This document shows, piece after piece, positions 1 to 10,115 of a stretch of DNA of 64,000 bases. The notes under the pieces were generated by a model. That model searched no databases. It worked only from the letters and a program-made list of their open reading frames with translations, and had not been told where the DNA came from. The translations under genes were made by a program, and so were the position numbers. Position 1 is the first letter of the stretch; each line of letters begins with the position of its first letter. Source of the DNA: Alphaproteobacteria bacterium (lineage in GTDB: Bacteria > Pseudomonadota > Alphaproteobacteria > Bin95); the NCBI GenBank assembly GCA_963665325.3, contig CAXXWS020000002.1:1216001-1280000 (forward strand), in the 5' to 3' direction.

Positions 1-55
1 ACGAGCCGACAGGGCGCCTTGCCGGCCAGCTGCTGCGCGGCCCGCTCGCTGCCTG

Positions 56-1165
56 ATGCGGATCGAGCCGTTTCGCGCGGCGGTCGATGAGGCGGCGCTC
101 GACGACCTGAAGCGCCGCCTCGCCGCGACCCGCGAGCCGGTCTGGCCGGAGGGCGGCGGCTGGGAGTTCGGCATCGAGCGGGAAACGCTGGCCGAGACGC
201 TTGCCTACTGGCAGGACGGCTTCGACTGGCGCGCGGTGGAAGCGCGTCTCAATGCATGGCCGCAATACCGCACCGAGATCGACGGCATCCCGGTGCATTT
301 CATCCACACCCGCAATGCCGACCCGGCTGCGCCGGCGCTGATCCTCACCCACGGTTGGCCGGGCTCGGTGCTGGAGTTCCTCGACGCGCTGCCGGCGCTC
401 TCGGCGCGCGCTCATGTGGTAGTGCCGCATCTGCCGGGCTACGGTTTCTCCTCGCCGACGGGCCGGCCGGTCTATTCGCGCGAGGTGGCGGGCCTCTGGC
501 GCCGGCTGATGGCGGCACTCGGCTATGAGCGCTTCGTCGCGCAGGGCGGCGACTGGGGCTCGCTGGTGACCTGCTGGCTCGGCTACGACCACCCGGACGC
601 GGTGCGCGCCATCCACCTCAACATGCTCATCGTGCGCCCGGACTTGGCCGGCCTCCAGGAGCCGCTCGACGAGGCGGAGCAGGCGTGGACCAAGGCCATG
701 CGACGCACGGTCGATCTTGAGGGCGGCTATCTGCGCATCCAGGCGACCAAGCCGCAAAGCCTCGCGGTCGGCCTTTCGGACTCGCCGGCGGGGCTTGCCG
801 CCTGGATTCTCGAGAAATTCTACGGCTGGCCGGACGCGGGCTCGCAACTCGACCGCGACCTCGTGCTCGGCAATATCGCGCTCTACTGGTTCACCAACAC
901 GCTCGCCAGCTCCGCCTGGATGTATGCGACGGTTCTCGACCGCAAGCATTTCATGCTGCCGGCGGGCGAGCGCATTACCGTGCCGACGGGCGTGGCGCAT
1001 TTCCCCAACGATGCCTATCCGATGGCGCCCCGGCGCTGGTTCGAGCGCATTGCCCCGGTCGTCCGCTGGACCGACATGCCGCGCGGCGGCCACTTCGCCG
1101 CTATGGAGGAACCGGCGCTCTTCGCCGAAGAAGTGCTGGCCTTTCTGGACGAACTGGACGGCTGA
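56..1165 (+). CDS. Epoxide hydrolase (microsomal EH-like alpha/beta hydrolase)
   Basis: HGWPGS oxyanion motif, QGGDWG nucleophile motif, C-terminal GGHFAAMEEP, N-terminal EHN-like region (YWQDGFDWRAVEARLN). Confidence 0.92.
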   Translation: MRIEPFRAAVDEAALDDLKRRLAATREPVWPEGGGWEFGIERETLAETLAYWQDGFDWRAVEARLNAWPQYRTEIDGIPVHFIHTRNADPAAPALILTHGWPGSVLEFLDALPALSARAHVVVPHLPGYGFSSPTGRPVYSREVAGLWRRLMAALGYERFVAQGGDWGSLVTCWLGYDHPDAVRAIHLNMLIVRPDLAGLQEPLDEAEQAWTKAMRRTVDLEGGYLRIQATKPQSLAVGLSDSPAGLAAWILEKFYGWPDAGSQLDRDLVLGNIALYWFTNTLASSAWMYATVLDRKHFMLPAGERITVPTGVAHFPNDAYPMAPRRWFERIAPVVRWTDMPRGGHFAAMEEPALFAEEVLAFLDELDG

Positions 1166-1313
1166 GGCGGAGCGAGACCTGGGGCGCCCGGCTCTGGAAG
1201 ACCGCCCGCCATCTCACCACATTCATGATATGCGCCGCTCTGTCCTGCCCGACGCGGCGGATGGCGTGGCGTGGTGGGATTCGAGAGCCTCACGCGTCAT
1301 GAAGGTCATTGCC

Positions 1314-2432
1314 ATGCTCATCGGGGTACCCAGCGAGACCAAGGATCACGAATACCGTGTGGGGCTCACGCCCGACAGTGTGAACGAAGCGGTCCTGCAC
1401 GGTCACCGCGTGATCGTGGAGCAGGGAGCCGGAGCGGGTATCGGGGCTGACGATGCCGACTACACCGGGGCAGGCGGCGAGATCGTTGACAGCGCGCAGG
1501 AAGTCTTCGATCGGGCGGAGATGATCGTGAAGGTCAAGGAGCCGCTGGCCGGAGAGCGCGCCATGCTGCGCGAGGGACAGGTCCTGTTCACCTACCTGCA
1601 TCTTGCTCCGGACGCCGAGCAGACCGAGGAGCTCGTCGAGAGCAAGGCGGTCTGCATCGCCTACGAGACGGTCACCTCTCCGGGCGGCGGCCTGCCCCTG
1701 CTCGCGCCGATGTCGGAGGTGGCGGGCCGGCTCTCCATCCAGGCCGCGGCGCACGCGCTTGAAAAGGTCAATGGCGGCAAGGGAATGCTGCTTGGCGGGG
1801 TTCCCGGAGTGCCGCGGGCCAAGGTGGTCATCATCGGCGGCGGGGTGGTGGGCACCCACGCCGCGCATATCGCGATGGGGATGGGCGCCGATACCTGGGC
1901 CATAGATCGCTCGGCGGAGGCTCTGAGGGCGCTGTGGCGCCAGTTCGGAGGCTCGCTCGACACCGCCTACTCCACCCGTACCGCGATCGACCGCCACGTC
2001 ACCGACGCGGATGTGGTGATCGGCGGCGTTCTCATCCCGGGCGCGACCGCCCCGAAACTCGTCACGGAGGGCATGATCCGCCGGATGAAGCCGGGCTCGG
2101 TGGTGGTCGACGTCGCCATCGATCAGGGGGGCTGCTTCGAGACTTCGCACCCCACCACACACAGCGACCCGACCTACATCGTCCACGACGTGGTCCACTA
2201 CTGCGTGGCCAACATGCCGGGCGCCGTCCCGCAAACATCGACACACGCGCTCAACAACGCAACGCTCCCGCACGTGCTTGCGCTGGCCGACAAGGGCTAC
2301 CGCCGCGCGCTGGCTGACGATCCCCACCTTCGCAACGGTCTCAACGTGCATGCCGGCGAGGTGACATGCAAGGAGGTCGCCGGCGCGCTCGGCTATCCGT
2401 ACCGCGAGCCCATGGAGGCGATGGCGGCGTAA
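1314..2432 (+). CDS. ald: Alanine dehydrogenase
   Basis: MLIGVPSETKDHEYRVGLTP start, KVKEP, TYLHLA, MSEVAGR, GGGVVG, DVAIDQGGCFETS, YCVANMPG; start set at ATG 1314 (ATG 1299 is an alternative). Confidence 0.96.
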   Translation: MLIGVPSETKDHEYRVGLTPDSVNEAVLHGHRVIVEQGAGAGIGADDADYTGAGGEIVDSAQEVFDRAEMIVKVKEPLAGERAMLREGQVLFTYLHLAPDAEQTEELVESKAVCIAYETVTSPGGGLPLLAPMSEVAGRLSIQAAAHALEKVNGGKGMLLGGVPGVPRAKVVIIGGGVVGTHAAHIAMGMGADTWAIDRSAEALRALWRQFGGSLDTAYSTRTAIDRHVTDADVVIGGVLIPGATAPKLVTEGMIRRMKPGSVVVDVAIDQGGCFETSHPTTHSDPTYIVHDVVHYCVANMPGAVPQTSTHALNNATLPHVLALADKGYRRALADDPHLRNGLNVHAGEVTCKEVAGALGYPYREPMEAMAA

Positions 2433-2438
2433 AGAGGG

Positions 2439-2459
2439 GAAGGCGGGACCCCCGCCTTT
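2439..2459 (+). terminator. GC-rich hairpin, probable intrinsic terminator after ald
   Basis: gaaggcggg-acc-cccgccttt stem-loop 7 nt after the ald stop; U-tract is short. Confidence 0.5.
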
Positions 2460-2536
2460 CGCAATCGTGCGAAGGCGCTATCATCCGCCGCGAAACCGGA
2501 AAACCGAACGATCCCGAAACCCGAGGGGGGCTTTTC

Positions 2537-2947
2537 TTGTCCGACTATCAGAAATGGATTCCCGTCCCGACGCCGGAGACCCGGCACTTCTGGGACGGCT
2601 GCCGCGATGGCAAGCTCTTGCTGCAACGATGCGGCGATACGGGCAGGGCCTATTTCCCGCCGCGCCCGTTCAGTCCTTACACGGGCAGCCGGAATGTCTC
2701 GGTGTTCGAGGCGTCCGGAAAGGGCACGCTTTACAGCTATGTCATCAACCAGCGGCCGGCCAAGGGCTTCGATGCGCCCTACGCGATCGCCATCGTCCAG
2801 CTTCCCGAAGGCGTGCGAATGATGACCAATATCGTCGAGTGCGAGCAGACGCCGGAGGCGCTCGAGCTCGATATGCCGCTCGAGGTGTGCTTCGAGAAGA
2901 TCGACGATGACGTCTCGCTGCCGCTCTGGCGGCCGGCGCGCGGCTGA
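2537..2947 (+). CDS. Zn-ribbon/OB-fold protein (DUF35 family), thiolase partner
   Basis: PTPETRHFWDGCRDGKLLLQRC..FPPRP..SGKGTLYSY..PYAIAIVQLPEGVRMMTNIV; TTG start after a G-rich RBS; directly upstream of a thiolase-like gene. Confidence 0.88.
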   Translation: MSDYQKWIPVPTPETRHFWDGCRDGKLLLQRCGDTGRAYFPPRPFSPYTGSRNVSVFEASGKGTLYSYVINQRPAKGFDAPYAIAIVQLPEGVRMMTNIVECEQTPEALELDMPLEVCFEKIDDDVSLPLWRPARG

Positions 2948-2960
2948 AGGAGGACCGGAC

Positions 2961-4121
2961 ATGACCTACAAGCCCGGCTCCGTCGCCATCGTAGGCGCCG
3001 CCGAATCCACCGATCTTGGCAAGCTGCCGGACATCTCGCAACTGCAACTCCATGCCGACGCGGCATTAAACGCAATGGCGGATTGCGGCCTCAGGCCCGC
3101 GGACATCGACGGTATCGCGACCGCGCGCGAGGTGCCGACCGAACTCGCCCACTATCTCGGCATCGTGCCGAAATGGGTGGACGGCACGTCCGTCGGTGGC
3201 TGCTCCTTCATGATCCATGTGCGCCATGCCTGCGCCGCCATCGAGGCGGGGCTCTGCAACACCGTGCTCATCACCCACGGCGAGAGCGGCCGCTCGCAGA
3301 TCGGCCGGCCCGTGCAGGGCGTCGGCCCCTCGACGCAGGAAGGCCAGTTCCAGATGCCCTACGGGCCGATGGGGCCGCCGACCATGTTCACCATCCCGGT
3401 GCTGCGTTACCTCAAGACCTACGGCATCGGCATCGAGAAGGTGGCGAATGTGGGCGTGGTGCAGCGCAAATGGGCGGGCTTCCACCCGCGCGCGAGCTTC
3501 CGCGACCCGATCACCATCGACGATGTGCTGAACTCGCGCATGATCGCCTGGCCGTTCCGGCTCTTGATGTGCTGCCTCGTGACCGACGGTGGCGGGGCGC
3601 TCATCCTGACCAAGGCGGACAGGGCGTCGAGCTTCCCGACGAAGCCCGTCTATATCCAGGGCATCGGCGAGAGCGTCGAGACGAGCCTCATCAGCCAGAT
3701 GGAGGACTTCACCTCCTCGCGCGCGTTCCGGGTCGCCGGGCGGACCGCGTTCGAGAATGCGGGCATCACGCACAAGGACGTGGACCACCTGATGATCTAC
3801 GACGCCTTCGCGCACCTGCCGATCTACGGCCTGGAGGACCTGGGCTTCTGCGGGCGTGGCGAAGCCGGCGACTTCATGTGGGAGGGCAACACCGCCCCCG
3901 GCGCGACCGGCTCGAACGCCCTGCCGCTCAACACGAATGGAGGCGGCCTCTCCTACATGCATTCCGGCATGTACGGCATGTATGCGCTGCAGGAGAGCGT
4001 GCGCCAGATGCGCGGCACCTCGCCCGCCCAGGTCGAGGGGGCGGAGCTGTCCGTCTGCCACGGGGTCGGCGGCATGTTCGCGGCTTCGGGCACGGTGGTG
4101 ATGTCGAATCAGGCGGCCTGA
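2961..4121 (+). CDS. Thiolase-like protein (SCP-x/Ltp2-type)
   Basis: VAIVGAAES, CCLVTDGGGA, IYDAF, LEDLGFC, NTNGGGLSYMH; AAGGAGG RBS before ATG 2961. Confidence 0.9.
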   Translation: MTYKPGSVAIVGAAESTDLGKLPDISQLQLHADAALNAMADCGLRPADIDGIATAREVPTELAHYLGIVPKWVDGTSVGGCSFMIHVRHACAAIEAGLCNTVLITHGESGRSQIGRPVQGVGPSTQEGQFQMPYGPMGPPTMFTIPVLRYLKTYGIGIEKVANVGVVQRKWAGFHPRASFRDPITIDDVLNSRMIAWPFRLLMCCLVTDGGGALILTKADRASSFPTKPVYIQGIGESVETSLISQMEDFTSSRAFRVAGRTAFENAGITHKDVDHLMIYDAFAHLPIYGLEDLGFCGRGEAGDFMWEGNTAPGATGSNALPLNTNGGGLSYMHSGMYGMYALQESVRQMRGTSPAQVEGAELSVCHGVGGMFAASGTVVMSNQAA

Positions 4122-4143
4122 GGGCCGGCTGGGCGCGGCCGTC

Positions 4144-4812
4144 ATGGACCTTGCCGGCCGCGTCCTTTACCGCGACGGCCTGATCCTGGTCATCGACAAG
4201 CCCGCCGGGGTCCCGGTCCATGCCGGCCCCGGCGGCGGCCCCAATCTGGAACAGGGCTTCGACAGCCTCCGCTTCGGCTGGAAGCGTCCGCCGGCGCTCG
4301 CGCACCGGCTCGACCGGGAGACCAGCGGTTGTCTCGTGCTGGGCCGGCACCCGAAGGCGCTCCGGCGCCTGGGCAGGCTGTTCGCTTCGGGCCGGGTGCA
4401 AAAGACCTATTGGGCCTGGGTAGCGGGAACGCCGGCGGAAGAGGCCGGCCTGATCGACGCGCCGCTGCTGAAGCGCAGCACCCGCGCCGGCGGCTGGTCC
4501 ATGCGCGTGAGCGACGAAGGCAAGGCAGCCGCGACGCGCTACCGCGTGCTCGAACGACGGGAGGACGGCGCCGCCTGGATCGAATGCCGGCCGCTGACGG
4601 GGCGCACGCACCAGATCCGCGCTCATCTGGCGCACCTCGGCTGCCCGGTGGTGGGCGATACGCGCTATGGCGGCCCGCCGGCCCCGCGGACGCTCTTGCA
4701 TGCTCGCGCGATATCGCTGCCGCTCCATGAGGGCCGGGAGCCGGTCACCGCGGAAGCGCCACTGCCGGCGGATATCGAGGCGTTCCTCGCGGGGAGCGTC
4801 CGTCAGGTATAG
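4144..4812 (+). CDS. RluA-family RNA pseudouridine synthase
   Basis: IDKPAGVPVH, HRLDRETSG catalytic motif, TGRTHQIRAHL, PVVGDTRYG, LHA. Confidence 0.95.
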   Translation: MDLAGRVLYRDGLILVIDKPAGVPVHAGPGGGPNLEQGFDSLRFGWKRPPALAHRLDRETSGCLVLGRHPKALRRLGRLFASGRVQKTYWAWVAGTPAEEAGLIDAPLLKRSTRAGGWSMRVSDEGKAAATRYRVLERREDGAAWIECRPLTGRTHQIRAHLAHLGCPVVGDTRYGGPPAPRTLLHARAISLPLHEGREPVTAEAPLPADIEAFLAGSVRQV

Positions 4813-5771
4813 ACGAACTCCAGCGAGCGGTCAGGCTCGGCCAGCACCAGGTCGGCAATCGTCTCCATGGTGCTGCCGACGGGTTCCATTCCCGCGGCCT
4901 GCGCGGCGTCGGTCATCGCCTGCATGGCGCGAACGAAATTGCGGCAGACCCGGTCGTCCGGGTCGGTGTAGTCGTTGTCGTTATGCGTGATGGAATTGAT
5001 GACCGGGATCGTCGCCCCGCGCTGCCGGACCTGGCTGACTATGTTCGTTGCAATCCGCTCATAGTCGGCTTCCGGCCAGTCGGGCCGCATGTCCCAGTGG
5101 CCGGTGAGGATATTGGCGTCCGCGGACGCCGCTTCCAGATCGACCGCCTGCCATTTGGTGCCTGCGGTAACGAGGGTTCCGGAAAAATCGACAGAGACCG
5201 GCATGTTGGCGAAAGGCAGGCTGCCGACGAGCTGCCGGAAGGTCGGATGCGCCCGGTGCGGATCGGGCGCCGCGCTCGTCCAGATGGCGTTCATGCGCGG
5301 CCAGATCCGTCCCGGCATGGAGCATGAGCCGCCGCGAAAGCCCAGTTCGGCGAGGACCCGGTACATGAAGTCGTTCGCCGAGAAAGTCCCCGGGCGGAAG
5401 TAGAGCGGGCGGCGCCCCATGCCCGAATGCCACATCGAAATCGCTTCGGAGAGGGCCGCACGCATGTCCTGCTCCGAGAGCCCGCCGAAATGCGACTTGT
5501 ACTTGCCGTCGTGGAACTTCCAGGGATGAAGGTGCAGGCCCTCGACGCAGCAGCCCCGCTCCTTCAACTCCGCGAACAGCCCGGCCTGGCGGACGGCGAC
5601 CTCGGGATGGATAAAAAAGGAGACGGGAAAGCCGAACCCGGCGGCCCGCTCGACATAGCCGCGGATGAACTTCTCGCTGTCCGCCCAGCTTTCGGGCCCG
5701 GTCGCCGTCGGGTGGGTATCCGGCGTCGGCGGCTCGACATCCATGGTGATGACGACATGCAGCTTGTCCAT
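4803..5771 (-). CDS. Polysaccharide deacetylase-like (NodB/glycoside hydrolase-deacetylase fold) protein
   Basis: VITMDVE, GLHLHP, FRPG and THN motifs typical of the metal-dependent deacetylase superfamily; ATG at 5771. Confidence 0.6.
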   Translation of the reverse strand: MDKLHVVITMDVEPPTPDTHPTATGPESWADSEKFIRGYVERAAGFGFPVSFFIHPEVAVRQAGLFAELKERGCCVEGLHLHPWKFHDGKYKSHFGGLSEQDMRAALSEAISMWHSGMGRRPLYFRPGTFSANDFMYRVLAELGFRGGSCSMPGRIWPRMNAIWTSAAPDPHRAHPTFRQLVGSLPFANMPVSVDFSGTLVTAGTKWQAVDLEAASADANILTGHWDMRPDWPEADYERIATNIVSQVRQRGATIPVINSITHNDNDYTDPDDRVCRNFVRAMQAMTDAAQAAGMEPVGSTMETIADLVLAEPDRSLEFVYT

Positions 5772-5776
5772 GAGCG

Positions 5777-6955
5777 CTAGACGCGCTTCGGCAGCATGAA
5801 GGCGCCGCAGAGGATCGCCGTCGCCGCAACCGCCAGCACCATGAACAGCGCCTCGAAGCCCCAGGCCTTGTGCAGCCAGGCGATCAGGTTCAGCGCCGTC
5901 GCCGCGACCGCGAAGGTCACGATATAGCGGGCGGCGAAGGCGCGAGCGCGCCATTCGCTCTTCGTTATCCGTCCGATCAGCACATCGTTGATCGGTATCT
6001 GGCCGAACACCGCCAGCATGAAGCCGACGGCGATGAAGAAGGCGAGGAGCCCGTCGGCGTAGATCATGGCGGCGAACAGCAGCGCCTGGCATGTCGCGAC
6101 GCCGACGAATACCCAGCGGATCGAGTGGTTGTCCACGAGCCAGCCGACGAGGAGCTGTGCGAAGGCGGCCGCGGTGAAGGTGACGAAAGCGTAACCGCCG
6201 ACTTCCGTCGCCGATCCGGCGAAATCCGACAGGCGTTCGTCGAACACCTCGGGGAGCGCGAAGGTCGTGCTCTGGAAAACGAGACCACCGAGCGCCGTCG
6301 TGAAGAAGATGATGGCGAAGACATGGATCAGCACGGCGCGTGTCGGATCGCCTTCCGACCGGCCCGCCGGTCTGGCCTCCGCAACCGAGGCCGGCGCCAC
6401 GACGGGGCCGCCGCGCAGGAACAGGATCCAGGCGAGCCCGATGGCGATGGAGATGGCGCCGGGCACGAAGAAGGCGGCCCGCCAGCCGACGACGTCGATC
6501 AGGATACCGGTCACCAGCGCGGCCAAGGCCACGCCCATATTGCCGTAAATGCCGTTGACCGCGATGGGGATTCCCGTGCGCCCGCGCCCCTCGACCACCA
6601 TGGCGAGTCCGACGGGGTGGTAGATCGCGGCGAACATGCCGATCGCCAGTAGCCCTGCGCCGATCTGGAGCGGCGTGTCGGCGAACCCGGTGGCGATGGT
6701 GCTGGCCCCAATGCCGAGGAAGAAGACGGTCATCATCCCTTCCCGGCTCCACTTGTCGCCGAGCCATCCGGCCAGGAGCGCGAAGGCCCCGAAGGCGACG
6801 AGGCCGGCCGTTCCGTAGGGGATAAGGTCGTCATATGTCAGGTTCCAGGCCTCGGCCAGAAAGAGCGCCGCCACGGTGGCGAAGATCAGCATCGCGAGAT
6901 GGTCGAGCAGGTGCCCGATATTCAGGAACAGGAACTGCGTGGAGAAGCGGGTCAC
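5777..6955 (-). CDS. MFS transporter
   Basis: About 12 hydrophobic segments, GWLGDKWSR motif A, AAIYHPVG; GTG start inferred. Confidence 0.9.
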   Translation of the reverse strand: MTRFSTQFLFLNIGHLLDHLAMLIFATVAALFLAEAWNLTYDDLIPYGTAGLVAFGAFALLAGWLGDKWSREGMMTVFFLGIGASTIATGFADTPLQIGAGLLAIGMFAAIYHPVGLAMVVEGRGRTGIPIAVNGIYGNMGVALAALVTGILIDVVGWRAAFFVPGAISIAIGLAWILFLRGGPVVAPASVAEARPAGRSEGDPTRAVLIHVFAIIFFTTALGGLVFQSTTFALPEVFDERLSDFAGSATEVGGYAFVTFTAAAFAQLLVGWLVDNHSIRWVFVGVATCQALLFAAMIYADGLLAFFIAVGFMLAVFGQIPINDVLIGRITKSEWRARAFAARYIVTFAVAATALNLIAWLHKAWGFEALFMVLAVAATAILCGAFMLPKRV

Positions 6956-6965
6956 GGGTGCGAGG

Positions 6966-8084
6966 TTACTCCAGTATCGCCATGTGGACGAAGTTGGAGA
7001 CCACGTCCAGACGTTCGCTGTGCCAGGGCTCGGGGTAGAGGCAGTTGGTGAGATAGGCGAAGGAGACGCCGGAAGCCGGGTCCGCCCAGCAATAGGACGA
7101 GCCGACGCCGCCGTGGCCGAACACGCTTTCATGGCCGAGCGAACCTAGGCCTCGGATCGTCTGCGTGCGGCCCCGGACATGCGGGCCGATGCCGCGATGC
7201 ATCGCCATCTCGAAGCGCTCGTCCACGCGATCGCCGGTCCAGTTGCTGGTGCAATAGGCGACGAGGCGCGGGGAGAAGAGCTGCACATCCTCCAGCCGCC
7301 CGCCCTGCACGAGCATCTGGTAGAAAGCGGCCATGCCCTTCGCGGTCGCGTATCCGCCGCCGCCGGGGATGCCGGCGCGGCGGATTTCGGGCGTATTGCG
7401 CTCCGCCAGCTGCTCGAACCCGCCGCCGTCGGCCGGCGCGTGCATATCGACCGCGCGCCCGTGCTCCGAATCCGGCAGGCCGACGAACACCTCATTCTCC
7501 AGCCCGAGCGGCGTGATGACCTCGTCGCGAATGAAGGCGCGGAAGTCCCGGCCGGAAACCGCCTCGATCAGCGCCGCAGCCGCCCAGTGCGCGGCTCCGG
7601 CGTGGTAGTGGACACGGCTTCCGGGCGTCCATTCGGCTTCGAAGCCAATGACGGCGCGCCGCCTTGCCTCGCGGTCCTCCCAGGCCTCCGGCGGCATGTC
7701 CGAGTTGGGGAAGCCGCCCTGGTGCGTCAGCAGTTCGAGCACGCTCTGCTGGCCTTTGCCGTGGACCTCGAAGCCCGGCAGGTTCATGGCGACCGGGTCG
7801 GTGAACCGCAGCCGCCCCTCGGCCACGAGCTTCCAGACTGCGGCCGCGGTAATCACCTTGGTGTTGGAGAACAGCAGCCAGAGCGTGCCGTCCGTCGCGT
7901 CCCTTGGCGGGTCGACCCGCGCCCGGCCGAAGCGCCGGTTGAGCGCCAGCCTTCCATGCCGGGCGACGGCGATCTCCGCGCCCGGATAGCGCCCTTCCGC
8001 GATATGGCCCTCGATAGTCTCGACCAGCCGTTCCAGCGGTCGCGGGTCGAGGCCGAGTGCCCGGGCGTCTTCCATGCCGGTCAT
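6966..8084 (-). CDS. Serine hydrolase, beta-lactamase (class C-like) family
   Basis: SxxK (FSNTK), LLTHQGG, PGSRVHYH, IPGGGGYATA, FGHGG. Confidence 0.88.
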   Translation of the reverse strand: MTGMEDARALGLDPRPLERLVETIEGHIAEGRYPGAEIAVARHGRLALNRRFGRARVDPPRDATDGTLWLLFSNTKVITAAAVWKLVAEGRLRFTDPVAMNLPGFEVHGKGQQSVLELLTHQGGFPNSDMPPEAWEDREARRRAVIGFEAEWTPGSRVHYHAGAAHWAAAALIEAVSGRDFRAFIRDEVITPLGLENEVFVGLPDSEHGRAVDMHAPADGGGFEQLAERNTPEIRRAGIPGGGGYATAKGMAAFYQMLVQGGRLEDVQLFSPRLVAYCTSNWTGDRVDERFEMAMHRGIGPHVRGRTQTIRGLGSLGHESVFGHGGVGSSYCWADPASGVSFAYLTNCLYPEPWHSERLDVVSNFVHMAILE

Positions 8085-8094
8085 CCGAACGCGC

Positions 8095-8712
8095 CTAGAA
8101 TTGCGGGAAGGTCGAACTGAATGCCTCCATCGCCTCGCAGCGCTCCACCAGGCCTGCCAGAGCCGGGCAGGATTCTGCAGCCTTCATCGGCGGATGGGCG
8201 AGGCGCGCGAAGGTGAAGGCGCAGACGGCGGAAATATCCGCCTGGCTCAGCGAATCGCCGACCAGCCAGCCGTCGCCCGCCTCGGCGGCGAGGCCGTCCA
8301 GATACTGCAGGCCGCCGAGCGCGCGCTCGCGATTGTGGGCGATCCAGCTTTCCTCGACCTTCTCCTTAGGGCGGAAGCGAGGCTCGTAGACGGCCCAGAT
8401 CGTCCGGTCCATGGCGCCGACTGCCATGGCGGTCACGCGCATGATGTTGCGCCGTGCCTTGCCCGCAGCCGGAATCAGCCGCTTGTCGCCCGCCATTTCG
8501 TCGAGCGCGTCGAGGATCGCATAGCTCTCGACCAGCGCCTCGCCGTCGTCGAGCAGCAGGGTCGGGATGCGCAGCAGCGGGTTGTAGCGGCGGATCGACT
8601 CGGGATCGTCGAACACCGGGACCTGGTCGAGCTCCCAGTCGAGGCCCATCAGGTTCAGGGAGACGGCTACGCGGCGGACGTAGGGCGAACGGGTAGTGCC
8701 AAGCAGTTTCAT
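8095..8712 (-). CDS. Glutathione S-transferase family protein
   Basis: SPYVRRV, NPLLRIPTL, ES..IL, WLVGDSLSQADI. Confidence 0.92.
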   Translation of the reverse strand: MKLLGTTRSPYVRRVAVSLNLMGLDWELDQVPVFDDPESIRRYNPLLRIPTLLLDDGEALVESYAILDALDEMAGDKRLIPAAGKARRNIMRVTAMAVGAMDRTIWAVYEPRFRPKEKVEESWIAHNRERALGGLQYLDGLAAEAGDGWLVGDSLSQADISAVCAFTFARLAHPPMKAAESCPALAGLVERCEAMEAFSSTFPQF

Positions 8713-8855
8713 GGGGCAGTTGGTTCCTGGATGCCGGAATCGGAGGCTGCACCATAGCCTCCCCAACACCCGGCCTCCAGACCTGCCATGGGTGACGACA
8801 GGCGGCCCGGCTGCTATGCAGAATGCCGCTGCCCCCGAACCCGGAGACCCCACAA

Positions 8856-10046
8856 ATGCCCGCGACGACCGGCATGGCGCTTTCGCGCTTCAGCGTCCTC
8901 GACCTTACCCGCGTGCGCGCCGGGCCGACCTGCGTGCGCCAGCTTGCCGACTGGGGCGCGGATGTCATCAAGATCGAGGCGCCGCCGGACCCGACCGCCG
9001 GTGAAGGCCTCGGCGGGCCGCGCGACGGCTTCGACTTCCAGAACCTGCACCGCAACAAGCGCTGCATGACGCTCGACCTCAAGTCCGACAAGGGCCGGGA
9101 GGCGTTCTTCCGCCTCGTCGAGCGCTCCGATGTTGTGGTCGAGAACTACCGCCCCGACGTGAAGCACCGGCTCGGCATCGACTATGAGGCACTCTCGAAG
9201 GTCAATCCGCGCATAATCCTCGGGTCCATCTCCGGTTTCGGGCAGGACGGCCCGACAGCGGCGCGCCCCGGTTTCGACCAGATCGCCCAGGGCATGGGCG
9301 GGGTCATGTGGATCACCGGCCACCGGGGCGGCGGGCCCGTGCGCGCTGGCATCCCGGTGGCCGATCTCTGCGCCGGCGTTTTCTGCGCCCAGGGCATCCT
9401 GGTGGCCCTGCTGGAGCGCGAGGTGTCCGGGCGTGGGCAGTGGGTCAAGACCTCGCTGCTGGAGGCGATGATCCAGATGCTGGACTTCCAGGCCGCCCGC
9501 TACCTCAAAGACGGCGAGGTCCCAAAGCAGGCCGGAAACGACCACCCGACCTCGATCCCGACCGGCGTGTTCGAGACAGCCGACGGCTATGTAAACATCG
9601 CCGCGGCCGGCGACCGGATCTGGCAGCGCTTCGCGGCGGCGCTGGATGCCGAACGCTGGCTGCAAAATCCCGACTACGCCACCGGCAAGGCGCGTTCCGA
9701 CAATCGCGCGGCCCTGCATGAAGAGATTGCCGTCATCACCCGGCAGAGGACCTCAGCCGAGTGGATGGAGGCGCTCAACGACGCCGGCGTGCCTTGCGGG
9801 CCGATTTACCGCATGGACGAGATGTTCGCCGACCCGCAGGTCCGCCATGTCGAAATGGCGGTGCCGGTGGATCATCCGCGTCTTGGAACCTTTGAAATCG
9901 TGGGGCAGGCGGCGAAGCTCTCGCGCACCCCGTCGGCGATCCGCACCGCCACGGCCGAGCTCGGCGAGCACAATGAGGAAATTCTGGCGGAACTCGGCTA
10001 TTCCGGCGCCGAGATCGCCGGGATGCGCGCCGCCGGCACGATCTGA
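8856..10046 (+). CDS. CaiB/BaiF family III CoA-transferase
   Basis: VLDLTRVRAGP, GADVIKIE, HRNKR, VENYRP, SISGFGQDGP, GFDQIAQ, LGEHNEEIL. Confidence 0.95.
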   Translation: MPATTGMALSRFSVLDLTRVRAGPTCVRQLADWGADVIKIEAPPDPTAGEGLGGPRDGFDFQNLHRNKRCMTLDLKSDKGREAFFRLVERSDVVVENYRPDVKHRLGIDYEALSKVNPRIILGSISGFGQDGPTAARPGFDQIAQGMGGVMWITGHRGGGPVRAGIPVADLCAGVFCAQGILVALLEREVSGRGQWVKTSLLEAMIQMLDFQAARYLKDGEVPKQAGNDHPTSIPTGVFETADGYVNIAAAGDRIWQRFAAALDAERWLQNPDYATGKARSDNRAALHEEIAVITRQRTSAEWMEALNDAGVPCGPIYRMDEMFADPQVRHVEMAVPVDHPRLGTFEIVGQAAKLSRTPSAIRTATAELGEHNEEILAELGYSGAEIAGMRAAGTI

Positions 10047-10115
10047 GCGGGCTGCCGCATCGGCGCCCGTCTCGCTCTCAAACCGGCAAGGCCTCCCGGA
10101 TCGCCCGGCCAACCC

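Noticed and set aside
1-56. Probable 3' end of an upstream gene (TGA overlapping ATG at 54-58)
   Set aside because: Only 17 codons visible; too short to assign.
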